A stretch of 64,000 nt of DNA, taken from Alistipes sp. Zagget8. Lineage in GTDB: Bacteria > Bacteroidota > Bacteroidia > Bacteroidales > Rikenellaceae. Both the position numbers and the translations under genes were made by a program. Positions 19,026 to 30,093 of this stretch are shown here, in pieces. The notes beneath the pieces are model-generated. The model had not been told where the DNA came from and ran no database searches. It was given only the letters and a program-made list of their open reading frames with translations. Each line of letters opens with the position of its first letter. Position 1 is the first letter of the stretch. The stretch lies in the NCBI GenBank assembly GCA_001941065.1, contig MSHJ01000009.1:66810-130809 (forward strand), read 5' to 3'.

Positions 19026-22007
19026 ATGAACTGTCGATTTTATGTCTTTCTGCTTGTGATATCGCTCTTTGCCGGGCCGGCACAGGCGCACGCCCCTGCC
19101 GTCAACCTGTTTCGGAATGCCCGGGTTACTTGCTCTTCCGAGAAGCAGCAGTATCCGGGGAAATATGCCGTGGACGGCATCCGCTCCCGGAGTTCGACCT
19201 GGATTTCGGGCGACGGTGCCCGGCCGCCGCACCTGCTCGAGGTGACGCTTCCGAAATATGCCGATCTCGATTCGGTCGTAATTTATACCGGGATTCCCGA
19301 TGATGAAAAGAGCGCCGGCGAACGGCTGCAGGCCGCCGGGTTCTGGGGCATGAAGAATTTCAAACTGCAATATTGGGACGACGCCAACTGGACGGACATT
19401 CCCCGGACGGAAACCACTGAAAATCGCCGCGACAGGCTCTCTTTCGCCTTTTCCCCGGCCATTACGACCTTCCGGTTCCGTCTCTGCTCGGTGGACGGGG
19501 AACCGATTAGGATCATCGAATTCGAGGGTTACGGGCGTGTGAATCCCGACATGCACGATCCGGGTGTCGTGGAGCGGACGCCGCAGGACGTGCATGTGAA
19601 AACACACCGGGTTGCGGTTCGCTTCACGCCGGATACGGTTGGGCGTTCGATGCAATATGTGGGCTACAACCAGGGTTTTTACCTGCCGGGGAGCAACATC
19701 TCCTCGTGGATCGAGTACTCCAATATCAACAGCATGCGCCTGTGGGCCGACCTGAGGACCTATTTGCCGGCCCGCTGGGTTCGTACCGATGTGAAAATGG
19801 AGTCGCTGGCCGATTTCGAACGGCATAAGACACAGCTCCGAGCCGATCCCGAATCGTGCGAATATATCGATTGGGATTCGATAACGGCACATGCCGCACG
19901 GCCCCAGAAATCGACCAATTCGATGGTCTTCGAATATGCGCTCAGGGAGCTGAAGCGGCTGGGAGTCGCCCCTCTGCTCCAGATCAACAGCCGGGAATTC
20001 GACGGGACCTGGGCCGGGAACTGGCGGCAGTGGCAGCGGTTCTATGCGCTCGCATTCTATGCGGCGAAGACCGGCGACGCTTCGATGTTCGCGATGCATA
20101 ACGAACCCAACCACGTGCAGGCCGGACCGATGAAGATCGAGACCTGGCTCGACGGGATGCGGATTGTTTCCGACGCCGTGCATTGTGCCGTCGAGGATGT
20201 GAACCGGTTGTACGGCAAGCACCTGAAGCCCCGGTTCGTGGGGCCCGTAACCGCAGGCACCAATGTCGACTGGTGGGCGCGGATCGCCCGGGCCGAGCGG
20301 ATCGATTACCGCGGGGCTGTCTGCGACCACGATCTGATCGACATCTTCTCGACCCATTCCTACAACCTGCCGGCGGCGGGGTATGTCAACAAGGTGCGTT
20401 CCATCCGCCGTATCCTCGAAGAGAATCATCCGTTGCACCTGGGCAAGCCGATCGTTTTCACCGAGATCGGCCGTTGGATGAATGCCTACCTGATCGACAA
20501 GGCGGAAACGATGGATTCGCCGTCACTATTCACCGAGTGGGCCGGTATTTATACCAACAACATGCTGAACGGGTGTTACGGCATGTGGGCTTTCAAGATG
20601 GCCAACACGACGAGCGGGCCTTATCCGAGGGGCATTAAATCGGGGCACCACCATATCTGGAAGGGGCGGCGCATCGTCGAGGATGCCTGCCGGAACCTGG
20701 CGTCGGGATGCCCCGCGACGGCTTCGGACGGCTCTGATGCAAAAGTGGTCACCGATGGCGATAAAACCGATGCTTCGGCATGGCGGTCGGTGTCGGATGG
20801 TACGAAATGGGTGGAGATAGACCTCGAAAAACCGCAGCAACTTTGCGGAGCCATCGTTTACACGGGTTCGGAAGGAGGCGTATTTACGGGTCCCGACCGG
20901 ATCCGGAACTCCCGGATGGAGGCGTTCGTCGGGGGCGAATGGCGTCCGATTGCGGGGACCGGAGAGGCGAACTGCAAGTATGTGCAGCTGATCCACATTT
21001 TCGAACAGCCTGTGACGACGGATCGGGTTCGGTTCGTGACCGATGACACTGATGCGAAGATACGTGAGATCAAACTGTTCGGCGACGATATCCTGCATGC
21101 CCGGTCTTCATACAGCATTGGCGGCGCCATGCGTACGGCCGAGGTGGTGCGCCTTTTTGCCAAGGGTTTCCGCGATTCCCGTCCGTTGCTCGGGTGTGAA
21201 CGTTCGGCCGGGGACCCCGATCTCGATGTGGCGGCTTCTGTGGGCGACGACGGGACGCACTATGTCTGGATCGTGCAGCGCAACCTGGCCGACTATGACC
21301 TGGAACTGGATTTTTCGGAGCTGGGGATCGGCAGCCGACACCCCGTCGTCTGTGAAACGGTCAGCGGCAGCAGTTATGGGGAGGCCAGCGTGCTGCGTAC
21401 CGGGGAAGCCGGGAAGCTGTCGCTGCGGGCCGGGGCACAGAGCGTCATGTTGCTCACGGTCTCTCCGCGGGCGGATTACCGCGAAGCGGCGGCCGTGCGC
21501 AATGTCACGGTGTGGGGCGACCGTGCTTTGCAAAAGGCGCTTGCCGTGAAGCTCAATGCCTCCGATTTTGCAGACAATGCCGTGACTTACCTCGGATTCG
21601 ACGCTGCGCAGGCAGGGATTGAAGATGCCCGCCGGATCGTGCTGAGCGTCGACGGCAGTTGTACGGGGCAAACGTCCTATCGGTTCCATGTCTACCTCTA
21701 TGGCGGCGATGAACTGTTCGACGAACGGAAGATTTGCCGGGGAGATGCGCCCTATCTCCTTCCGGATGAACCCTGCATGCGTGAGGATGCGCAGGAACTG
21801 CATATTGCCGGGGAGTTGACGATGACTCCCGACCGGCGGCGCCATGAACTCGATGTTACGGAACTCGCCCGCAAGTATGCCGGGAAACGGCTGACCTTCG
21901 TCCTCATCCGCGAGACCCGTGAACCGGGGGATGATGCGGATAAGGATCGCTGTGTCTGTATCTCGTCGCGGCGGGATCGGGAGAAACCGCTGCTGAAGAT
22001 TTGGTAA
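19026..22007 (+). CDS. secreted multidomain clan GH-A-like glycoside hydrolase with two F5/8C (CBM32-like) modules
   Basis: Start reassigned to ATG 19026 (signal peptide MNCRFYVFLLVISLFAGPAQA). AVDG...W discoidin-type motifs occur twice; MHNEPNH (putative acid/base) and VFTEIG (putative nucleophile). Confidence 0.65.
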   Translation: MNCRFYVFLLVISLFAGPAQAHAPAVNLFRNARVTCSSEKQQYPGKYAVDGIRSRSSTWISGDGARPPHLLEVTLPKYADLDSVVIYTGIPDDEKSAGERLQAAGFWGMKNFKLQYWDDANWTDIPRTETTENRRDRLSFAFSPAITTFRFRLCSVDGEPIRIIEFEGYGRVNPDMHDPGVVERTPQDVHVKTHRVAVRFTPDTVGRSMQYVGYNQGFYLPGSNISSWIEYSNINSMRLWADLRTYLPARWVRTDVKMESLADFERHKTQLRADPESCEYIDWDSITAHAARPQKSTNSMVFEYALRELKRLGVAPLLQINSREFDGTWAGNWRQWQRFYALAFYAAKTGDASMFAMHNEPNHVQAGPMKIETWLDGMRIVSDAVHCAVEDVNRLYGKHLKPRFVGPVTAGTNVDWWARIARAERIDYRGAVCDHDLIDIFSTHSYNLPAAGYVNKVRSIRRILEENHPLHLGKPIVFTEIGRWMNAYLIDKAETMDSPSLFTEWAGIYTNNMLNGCYGMWAFKMANTTSGPYPRGIKSGHHHIWKGRRIVEDACRNLASGCPATASDGSDAKVVTDGDKTDASAWRSVSDGTKWVEIDLEKPQQLCGAIVYTGSEGGVFTGPDRIRNSRMEAFVGGEWRPIAGTGEANCKYVQLIHIFEQPVTTDRVRFVTDDTDAKIREIKLFGDDILHARSSYSIGGAMRTAEVVRLFAKGFRDSRPLLGCERSAGDPDLDVAASVGDDGTHYVWIVQRNLADYDLELDFSELGIGSRHPVVCETVSGSSYGEASVLRTGEAGKLSLRAGAQSVMLLTVSPRADYREAAAVRNVTVWGDRALQKALAVKLNASDFADNAVTYLGFDAAQAGIEDARRIVLSVDGSCTGQTSYRFHVYLYGGDELFDERKICRGDAPYLLPDEPCMREDAQELHIAGELTMTPDRRRHELDVTELARKYAGKRLTFVLIRETREPGDDADKDRCVCISSRRDREKPLLKIW

Positions 22008-22009
22008 TG

Positions 22010-22040
22010 AAAAGCCCCGCACATTCGTGCGGGGCTTTTT
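22010..22040. terminator. bidirectional intrinsic terminator
   Basis: aaaagccccgcac-attc-gtgcggggctttt between convergent genes. Confidence 0.85.
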
Positions 22041-23462
22041 CTATTCGTATCGTATCGAATCCGTGCGGAACGGATAGGCCGGAAGCCCTTCGCAATTGTA
22101 AAGATTGGTACGGTGCCAGTTCGAGAAGGCGTACCGTACGGCACAGGGGTGCGGCACCGCATCGCATTCGACCTCGACCGTCGACCGGTCTTTCCGGCCG
22201 ATGCGGGCGTTGGCGGGATGGAAAACCAGATCTTTCCCCGCCAGTTCGAAACATTCGATCCCGAGGTCGGTGGGCACCAGTCCCCGGTCGGCGTGGCTGA
22301 AATGAACGACGGCCTTGCCTTCGAGGTATTCGACCTTCTCCATTGTCGGACCGCAGGCAGGGAGTCCTTTGAATCCGTAGACATTCGCCAGGGCCGATAC
22401 GAACGCGCGCTCGGCAACCGCGTCTTTTTTCGGGAAATGGATGAATTTTTCAGCCCCGATGTCGGACGATCCCACCATATATGCGTATGCATCGGAGTTC
22501 ACGGCCTTGAACTGGGCTTCCATCAGCCGTGCGGCCCCGAGCTCCCCTTCGCCGTTGTAGGGACACGGCGCGATCTGGCAGACGATGAACGGCAGGTCGG
22601 GATTGCCCCATTTGTCGCGCCACAGGCTCATTAATTCGGTCAGCATCGGGGCATAGACGTGGGCGTTGCGGCGATTGCTCTCCCCCTGCAGCCAGACGAC
22701 GCCCCGGATCGTGCATCCGGTCAACGGCGCGATCATTGCGTTGTAGAGTTTGCAAGGGTCCCGGTACGGTTTGTCCGCCTTGGCGATGTAGTCTTTCGGG
22801 TCGAATTTCGCTATGGATGCCGCGTCCATCCAGGATTCGATGCGCGACCCGCCGTAACTCGACACGATGATGCCGACCGGTATGTCGAGGGCTTCCGTCA
22901 GGCGCCGTCCGAACAAATAGGCGACGGCGCTGAACATTGCGACACGTTCCGGAGAGCAGCACTGCCATTCGCCGCCGCACTCCGTTTGGGGTGTATCGGC
23001 ACAGGTGTGGGGTACGCCGAAAAGGCGCAGGTACCTGTATTTTGACGAAGCGGCGATCTCAGCCAGCGAACCCTCGACGGGCTGCGAGGGAAACCCGCGC
23101 ATGGGCATTTCCATGTTGGACTGCCCGGCGCAGAGCCACACTTCGCCGATCAATACGTCGTCGATCCGGACGGTGTTGCGCTCCTTCACCTCGATCCATT
23201 GTGGTTCGAATCCTCCGGACGGCGTTGTTAGCGGAATTTGCCAGTTGCCGTCGGCTGCGGCTTTTACCGAATGCCGGTCTTGCTCCCAGGAGCATCGGAC
23301 CGTGACCTTTTCGCCGGGTCCGGCCGTACCGCGGAGCATCGTCACGCTCTGTTGCTGGAGCACCATGTGGTCCCCGAACGAGGCGTGCAGCCGCACCTCG
23401 GCCCGCAGCGGCAGGCAACAGGCCAGGAGGGCGGCGAGCAGCAGGGATTTGGGCTGGAACAT
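22041..23462 (-). CDS. sialate O-acetylesterase-family (SASA) esterase with Sec signal peptide
   Basis: HMVLQQ, GEVWLCAGQSNM, GGSRIESW, WLQGESN, IHFP, GLPAYPFRTD. Start placed at the TAATG overlap with the upstream gene. Confidence 0.85.
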   Translation of the reverse strand: MFQPKSLLLAALLACCLPLRAEVRLHASFGDHMVLQQQSVTMLRGTAGPGEKVTVRCSWEQDRHSVKAAADGNWQIPLTTPSGGFEPQWIEVKERNTVRIDDVLIGEVWLCAGQSNMEMPMRGFPSQPVEGSLAEIAASSKYRYLRLFGVPHTCADTPQTECGGEWQCCSPERVAMFSAVAYLFGRRLTEALDIPVGIIVSSYGGSRIESWMDAASIAKFDPKDYIAKADKPYRDPCKLYNAMIAPLTGCTIRGVVWLQGESNRRNAHVYAPMLTELMSLWRDKWGNPDLPFIVCQIAPCPYNGEGELGAARLMEAQFKAVNSDAYAYMVGSSDIGAEKFIHFPKKDAVAERAFVSALANVYGFKGLPACGPTMEKVEYLEGKAVVHFSHADRGLVPTDLGIECFELAGKDLVFHPANARIGRKDRSTVEVECDAVPHPCAVRYAFSNWHRTNLYNCEGLPAYPFRTDSIRYE

Positions 23463-24934
23463 TACCATTTGTCGGTCCGGAAGGGATAGGCCGGCAAGCC
23501 GTCCTGGTTGTACAACTGTCCCACATGCCAACTGGTGAAGCAATAGCGGACGGCGATGGGCGTCGCTACCTCGGGGCTGGAGACGGTGATCTGATTGGCG
23601 TTCGGGCCGACGACCGCCGTGGCGCTGTGGAAAGTCTTGTCGGCGCCGGCGATCTGTACATACGGAATATTCGCCGCTGCGCAGGAGAGGCGTTCCGCAT
23701 GGTCGAAGGTGACGATCGCCTTACCCTCTTTGACCTCCATGCTTTTGTAGGTGGGACTCTGGGGGTCCGTGTTCCCGATTTTGTAAATATCGCGGTAGGC
23801 CCAGAGCAGCAGGCGCTCTGCCGGGACCTGTTTGTCCGGGTAATGCTGGAGCTTCTGGTCGCCGACGTCCGATGTCGCCACGACTCCCGAGTTGGGAATC
23901 CGGGCCATCGTGTTCAGCTGAACCTCCATCATTTTTGCGGCCGAAAGGTTGTCCTTATAGCCGTAGGGGGCGACCTGAACGTAATAGAACGGGATTTCGT
24001 GCTGCGTGTCTCCCCAGTCCTCGCGCCAGTCGGCGGCCATCTCCTGCAGGTCGTTCCCGTAATTGGCGTTCGAGAGGTCCGACTCCCCCTGATACCAGAG
24101 GATGCCCCGCAGGGTGTAGCGGTGAACGGGCCAGATCATGCCGTTGTAAAGGATGCCCGGGGCGCCCTTCTCCGCCGCAACTGGCTGTCCGTCGTTCTGT
24201 TTCCAAGCAGCGATGGGGGTGCCGCCGTACGAACACCCGATCATTCCCACGGGAACCTGCTTGTCCTGATGCAGTTTGCGGCCGAAAAAGAAGGCGATGG
24301 CGCTGTATTCGCGGGCGGACGTCGGGGTGCAGGCGACCCATGAACCCCCGCGCGTGTCGAATTGCAATCCCTGCGACGAGGCGTTCAGGTCGGGATAGGA
24401 GACCTTGAAATAGCGGAACGAAGGGAAATTGGCCGATGCCAGTTCGGTGTCGGCATCCTTTACGGGCTGGTAGTTGCCCGTGGAGGTGCTGCCGAAGCCG
24501 CGCATGGGCATCTCCATGTTGGATTGCCCCGAGCAGAGCCACACCTCGCCGATCAGGATGTTCTGGATGGTCTTGGTGGTGCGCTGGCTGTCCTTGATGG
24601 TCATCGTATGGGCCGTTTGCGAGGCTGCGGGGGTCTGGACGGGCACGATCCAGATTCCGTCGTTTCCCGTCAGTTCCGTGAAGGGCTTTTCGTTCCAGGA
24701 GGTCTGGATCGTGATCTGCGATCCGGGGATGGCCTTGCCCCAGATGCGGGCCTGGCTGTTTTGTTGCAGGACCATATTGTCGCTTATGATCGACGGCAGC
24801 GCCAGTTCGCTCGGAAGATACGGATTCAGTCCGTCGGACGGAGTCTCGGGTTGTTTTGCTGGAGTTTCATCGCCTGCTCCGCATCCGACGAAAGCGATTG
24901 CTGTCAGAGCGCATAACATCAGTTTGATTTTCAT
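23462..24934 (-). CDS. sialate O-acetylesterase-family (SASA) lipoprotein
   Basis: Lipobox FVGC; NMVLQQ, GEVWLCSGQSNM, WYQGES, QHYPDK, GLPAYPFRTD. Confidence 0.85.
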   Translation of the reverse strand: MKIKLMLCALTAIAFVGCGAGDETPAKQPETPSDGLNPYLPSELALPSIISDNMVLQQNSQARIWGKAIPGSQITIQTSWNEKPFTELTGNDGIWIVPVQTPAASQTAHTMTIKDSQRTTKTIQNILIGEVWLCSGQSNMEMPMRGFGSTSTGNYQPVKDADTELASANFPSFRYFKVSYPDLNASSQGLQFDTRGGSWVACTPTSAREYSAIAFFFGRKLHQDKQVPVGMIGCSYGGTPIAAWKQNDGQPVAAEKGAPGILYNGMIWPVHRYTLRGILWYQGESDLSNANYGNDLQEMAADWREDWGDTQHEIPFYYVQVAPYGYKDNLSAAKMMEVQLNTMARIPNSGVVATSDVGDQKLQHYPDKQVPAERLLLWAYRDIYKIGNTDPQSPTYKSMEVKEGKAIVTFDHAERLSCAAANIPYVQIAGADKTFHSATAVVGPNANQITVSSPEVATPIAVRYCFTSWHVGQLYNQDGLPAYPFRTDKW

Positions 24935-24983
24935 GTTGGAATTTTTTAAAAGGGAGGGAAATTTCGATCTTTTTTTGCTTTAG

Positions 24984-25047
24984 CAAAAATACCCCGAACG
25001 GCCTTCCGCGGCGCTAAAAAAAGTACGAAAAAATAGCAGAATCATAC
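24984..25047 (-). promoter_or_regulatory. putative HTCS site plus -7 element for the SASA pair
   Basis: Minus strand GTATG (25047) and GTACT (25026) are 21 bp apart; TATTTTTG starts at 24991 (+35). Confidence 0.6.
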
Positions 25048-25057
25048 AAAATATCAT

Positions 25058-25065
25058 TACCTTTG
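25058..25065 (+). promoter_or_regulatory. Bacteroidota -7 promoter element for the HTCS gene
   Basis: TACCTTTG matches the TAnnTTTG consensus, about 30 nt upstream of the ATG. Confidence 0.6.
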
Positions 25066-25096
25066 AAAACGAATGGCTCGCCTTAAATACTTGTAA

Positions 25097-28000
25097 ATGA
25101 AACATTTATTACTTTTATTTTGCTCGCTTGTCCCATTGTTCGCCAAATCGGAAGAATACCGTGATATCAATGTCCAGCACCTGAGTATCGAGCAGGGATT
25201 GTCCCATTATACGGTCAATTCGATCTATCAGGATGAGTTCGGTTTTATCTGGATCGGAACGATGGACGGACTGAATCGTTACGACGGAAGCCGGATTCAG
25301 ATTTTCAAGCCGGACCCTTCCGATTCGCTGAGCATCCGGGAGAACAATATCCGCATGATCTGCGGGGACGGGGAGGGGCATCTCTTCATCAAGGGACTCG
25401 GCAGCCTGTCGGAGTATGACATGCGGACCAATACGTTCCGGGTGCTGCGTGAAAAGGGGGTTCGGCACGTGACCTACGACGACGGCCAGCTCTGGGTCGC
25501 CGAAGGCGGCGTGCTTCGTACTTACGACCGGGAGCGGGGAAAATTCGTTCCCCGGTTCCAGTTCAGCAAGGCGGGCCTCGACGGGGTGAATATCTCCTGC
25601 TTCATCGTCGGCCGCAACGGCGATCCCTGCATATGCACCGCCAAACATGGCTTTTACCGGGTCAACCAGGCCGGACACATCGTCCAGCACTTCATGGTGG
25701 GGGAGGCCAATTCGCTTTTCGAGGATAAACACGGCAATATCTGGATTGCGACCCGTACCGAAGGGCTCTACTGTATCGGCCGTAACGGCGACATGACCCG
25801 TTACCGCCATGACAGCGGGAATCCGCATTCGCTCGGCCATGACAATGTCCGTCAGGTCTGCGAGGACCTTTCGGGAAACTACTGGGTCAGCACCTTCGAC
25901 GGCCTGTCCCGCCTCGATCCGGAGAAAGGGACCTTCACACACTACCGTTACGAGTTCAAACATACGGCTTTCAATCTCCGGTCGATCATTTCGATGATGT
26001 GCGATCGGCAGGGCACGCTGTGGATCGGCTCATTCTACGAAGGACTCTGTTCCTACAATACGGTTTATGACACGTATCGTTATTATCGCCCCTCGGCCCA
26101 GACGCCGGGCCTGCTCAGTTCGCCGATCGTCAGCTCGGTGGCCGAAGACCGCGGCGGGGTGCTCTGGTTCGGGACCGAGGGCGGTGGCCTCAACCGGCTG
26201 GACCGCAGCCGTAACCGGTTCCGGGCGTACGACTGCCCCGACGGATTGTCGTCGGATGTCATCAAATCGTTGTTGTGCGACACGACGCAGCAGGTCCTCT
26301 GGATCGCATCGCTTTACCATGGCGTCGACCGTATGGACCTGCGCACGGGGAGCATTCGCCCGCTCGGGAACCGGATCGAGGGAGAGCCGGATGCCCGGGT
26401 TGAGAATGTCGTCCACATGACCTCCTACGGGGATTCGCTGCTGCTGGCGACCAATACGGGCATTGTCGTGCTGGACAAACGCAGTTCGCGGATGACCCGC
26501 CTCCCGGCCGGATTCAACGCCAGCCATCGTGCGCAGGTGTGGGACATGGAGCTGGACAATTACCACAACCTGTGGTTCTCGACTTCGACCGACCTCTATT
26601 GCTATAACCTCCGCAGCGGGATATCCAAGTATTATGCTTTCCGGGACGTCGCCTCGCGCAGCGTCAACAACAACATGAACGCCATCCTGCGTGACAGCAG
26701 GGGGCGGATGTGGTTCGGTTCCTCGGGGTCGGGATTTTTCCTTTACGATCCGGACAGCGACACGTTCCGGAATTACGGCCGGGCGCAGGGCCTTGAGAAC
26801 GAATATGTGACCGGCTTGTGCGAAGATCCCGGGACCGGAATGCTCTACATCGCGACGAACGACGGCATCGCCCGGTTCGATCCGCAGACCGAACGGATCG
26901 AATGTTACGACCACCGGACGGGATTTCCCCTGACGGCGATCAATGAGAACAGCCTCTATGTGACCTCCGACGGAGAGTTGTTTGCCTGCGGGCTCGACGG
27001 CATGGTGCTGGTCCGCTGCAGCGATCTGCGAATCCAGCCGCGGGATTACGACGTTTTCGTTTCGGGGCTTTTCATCGACAACCGTCCGGTGCATCCCGAT
27101 CCGCACTCCCGTTCGGCCGTATTGCATGAAGAGATCCTTTTTCAACGGGACATCCGTCTCGGCCCGGGGCATTCGGTCATCGGGTTCGAACTGGCCAACA
27201 ACGACTACCTGAATGCCACCGGGATGCAGATGGAGTACAAGTTGGAGGGTTTCGACGACGATTTCATCCAGGCGGGCAATAACGATTACGTGACGTATAC
27301 GAACCTCAATCCGGGGCGCTATACGTTCGTCGTGCGCGGCATTTCGGAGAACACGGACGGCACCCTTCCCACCTGCCGGATATCGGTGCGGGTCGTGCCG
27401 CCGTTTTACAAGACGTCCTGGTTCATCCTGTTTGTCATAATGGCCGTCGGCGGGGTGGTGGTCTATCTGATCCATGCGTATACGACGGGCATACGGCTTC
27501 GGTCGCTGCTCGAATCCGAGAAGCGGGAAAAGACTTATATCAACCAGGTCAACCAGTCGAAGCTGCGGTTCTTTACCAACATCGCCCATGAGTTCCGCAC
27601 GCCGCTGACGTTGATCAGCGGCCTGCTCGAGATGTTGTTGCAGCGCAACGACCTGCGGCCCTCGGTCTACTCCCAGATACTGAATATCTACAAGAATTCG
27701 CAGCGGATGCAGCGGTTGGTCAACGAGATCATCGATATCCGGAAGCAGGAGCAGGGTTACATGAAGCTGCGCGTCTGCCGGGGCAATATCACGGATTTCC
27801 TGCGCGAGACGTTCCTCTCCTTCGAGGAGTATGCCCGGCATAACCATATCGATTTCAATTTCGACGCTCCGATTTCCCCCCCCCCCTCGAGCTTTGCTAT
27901 GATCCCGTGCAGATGGAGAAAGTCGTTTACAATCTGCTTTCCAATGCTTTCAAGTATACCCGTCCCGGCAACAGGATCACGCTCTCGGTCGAAGATGCGG

Positions 28001-29127
28001 GGGCCGATGTGATCGTTCGGGTCGCGGACAACGGCATGGGCATCGCTCCCGAGCACCTGCCCCGCGTCTTCGACCGTTTTTACCAGGACGACCAGCTCAA
28101 CGCGACCGTTTCGAACCAGGGATCGGGCGTCGGGCTTTCATTGGCCAAGGCGATCGTCGAGATGCACGGCGGAACGATCGAGGTTGCGAGCACGCCCGGC
28201 GAACGGACGGTCTTTACCATTACACTCCCCAAGGAACCGCATTTCCCCGGTGAATATGTTGAGGTCGCTGCCCGGGAAAGCACCGGACCGCAGCATTACA
28301 TCCGGGATTATAAGGAAGGCGAGATCGATGTCCCGGCGATCGAGGCTTCGGAAGAGACCAGGTCGGTGAAAATGCTCATTGTGGAGGACAACGATGAGGT
28401 GAGGGAGATGCTTTCGCAGATATTTTCACCGGTTTACAGCATTACGACGGCCTGCAACGGGGCCGAAGGCATTGAGCGGGCCGGGGAGGTGAATCCGGAT
28501 ATTATCCTGAGCGACATCATGATGCCCGGAATGTCCGGCGTGGAGATGTGCAGCAAGCTGAAGAACAACCTCGAGACGTGCCATATCCCGATCGTACTGC
28601 TGACAGCCCGTACGGCCGAGGAGTATGCCGTCGAAGGGCTTCAGACCGGTGCGGACGATTACATCACCAAGCCGTTCAACGTCAAACTGCTCGTTGCCCG
28701 TTGCAACAACCTGGTGGTGGGGCGCCGCAGGCTCCAGCAGAAATACCTCAAACAGCCCGACGCATCGGTGCAGATGCTCTCTTCGAACCCCGGGGACCAG
28801 GCCATTCTGCAGAAAGCGGTCGATCTGGTGCTGGAGCACCTGGACGATGTCGATTTCAGCATCGGGATCTTCGCCCGGGAGATGGGGCTGAGCCGCACTT
28901 ACCTTTTCACGAAGATCAAGGGGCTGACCGGGCAGTCGCCCAATGAATTCGTCTCTACGATCCGTCTCAAACAGGCGGTGGTGAAGCTCACCGAAAATCC
29001 CAAGGCCAGCATGGTGGACATCGCCTACTCGCTGGGATTCAGTTCCCCCAGCTATTTCATCAAATGCTTCAAGGACATGTACGGCAAGACCCCGAACATG
29101 TACCGCAAGGAGATGATCGGGAAATGA
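25097..29127 (+). pseudogene. hybrid two-component system (sensor propeller-Y_Y_Y-HisKA-HATPase-REC-AraC), frameshifted at a C11 run; possibly phase-variable
   Basis: ORF 25097..28012 has IWIGT/LWFGT propeller repeats, YTNLNPGRYTF, a TM helix and NIAHEFRTPL. ORF 27907..29127 has NLLSNAFKY, DNGMG, GSGVGL, DIMMP and the AraC HTH. The frames join if the run at 27876-27886 is C9 or C12. Confidence 0.9.
27876..27886 (+). repeat. C11 homopolymer at the HTCS frameshift
   Basis: Counted directly: att t-ccccccccccc-tcgag. Confidence 0.9.
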
Positions 29128-29134
29128 CGCTGCG

Positions 29135-29165
29135 GCGGGCCGTGGATGTGAAATCCGCGGCCCGC
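29135..29165 (+). terminator. hairpin after the HTCS gene
   Basis: gcgggccgtggat-gtgaa-atccgcggcccgc. Confidence 0.6.
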
Positions 29166-29174
29166 ATGCTTGTT

Positions 29175-29238
29175 GTATCATTTTTACATTTTATTGTACG
29201 CCCCTTGCATTTCGGAGCCGCGGCCCCGGATAATTTTG
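29175..29238 (+). promoter_or_regulatory. putative HTCS site plus -7 element for the esterase-GH2-GH50-like operon
   Basis: ttGTATC (29175) and ttGTACG (29196) are 21 bp apart; TAATTTTG at 29231 (+35). Confidence 0.65.
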
Positions 29239-29274
29239 TAGTCGGTAAATTCGGACTTAAAAACAAAACCTACT

Positions 29275-30093
29275 ATGAAACGAAATTTTCTCCGTTCGGG
29301 CCTCGCAGCATGCTGCTGCGTGGCTATGCTGGCCGCCTGCGGCAGTAAGGAATCCGCACCCGCACCCGTCGGCGGCGGTTCCGGCCCGGAAGAGGAGCAG
29401 CGCGGGTATGACGTATTCCTGTTGATCGGCCAATCGAACATGGCGGGCCGCGGCAAGATGATCGAGGGTGACGAACAGCCTTTTTCCGATCAGGTCTTCC
29501 TGCTCGACGATACGGGCAAGGCGGTTCCGGCCGCCAATCCGCTGAACAAGTACTCCTCGATCCGCAAGGACCTTTCGGAGCAGGGGATCAACCCGGGATT
29601 CAGCTTTTCGAGGAAGGTCGCCAAGGAGACCGGCCGCAAGATCCTGCTGGTGGTGAATGCCCGCGGCGGATCGCATATCAACGACTGGGCCACGAATAAG
29701 GATTACTACAAGGAGGCCGTGAAGCGGACCAAACAGGCGTTGCAGCTCGGTTCGCTCGTGGGCATTCTCTGGCATCAGGGAGAGGCCGGCAGCAGTGCGC
29801 CGGAGGGATATCTCGATAAGCTGAAGCCCATCGTCGAGGGTCTGCGCACGGATCTCGGAGCTTCGAACGTCCCGTTCGTTGCGGGTGAGATCGCACCCTG
29901 GCATGAGAACGCCTCCAAATTCAATCCGGTGATCCACGGGATCGGCAACGCCATTCCCAATACGGACTATGTTTCGTCGAAAGACTGCACGCCGCTCATC
30001 GATGCGTCCGATCCCCATTTCAGCCGTGACGGACAGATCCTGCTGGGAGAGCGGTATGCCGAGAAAATCCTGAAAATGTGTTACAAGAAATGA
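29275..30093 (+). CDS. short SASA/CE6-like acetylesterase lipoprotein
   Basis: Lipobox LAAC; LLIGQSNMAGRG, NARGGS, WHQGE, DPHF. Confidence 0.85.
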   Translation: MKRNFLRSGLAACCCVAMLAACGSKESAPAPVGGGSGPEEEQRGYDVFLLIGQSNMAGRGKMIEGDEQPFSDQVFLLDDTGKAVPAANPLNKYSSIRKDLSEQGINPGFSFSRKVAKETGRKILLVVNARGGSHINDWATNKDYYKEAVKRTKQALQLGSLVGILWHQGEAGSSAPEGYLDKLKPIVEGLRTDLGASNVPFVAGEIAPWHENASKFNPVIHGIGNAIPNTDYVSSKDCTPLIDASDPHFSRDGQILLGERYAEKILKMCYKK

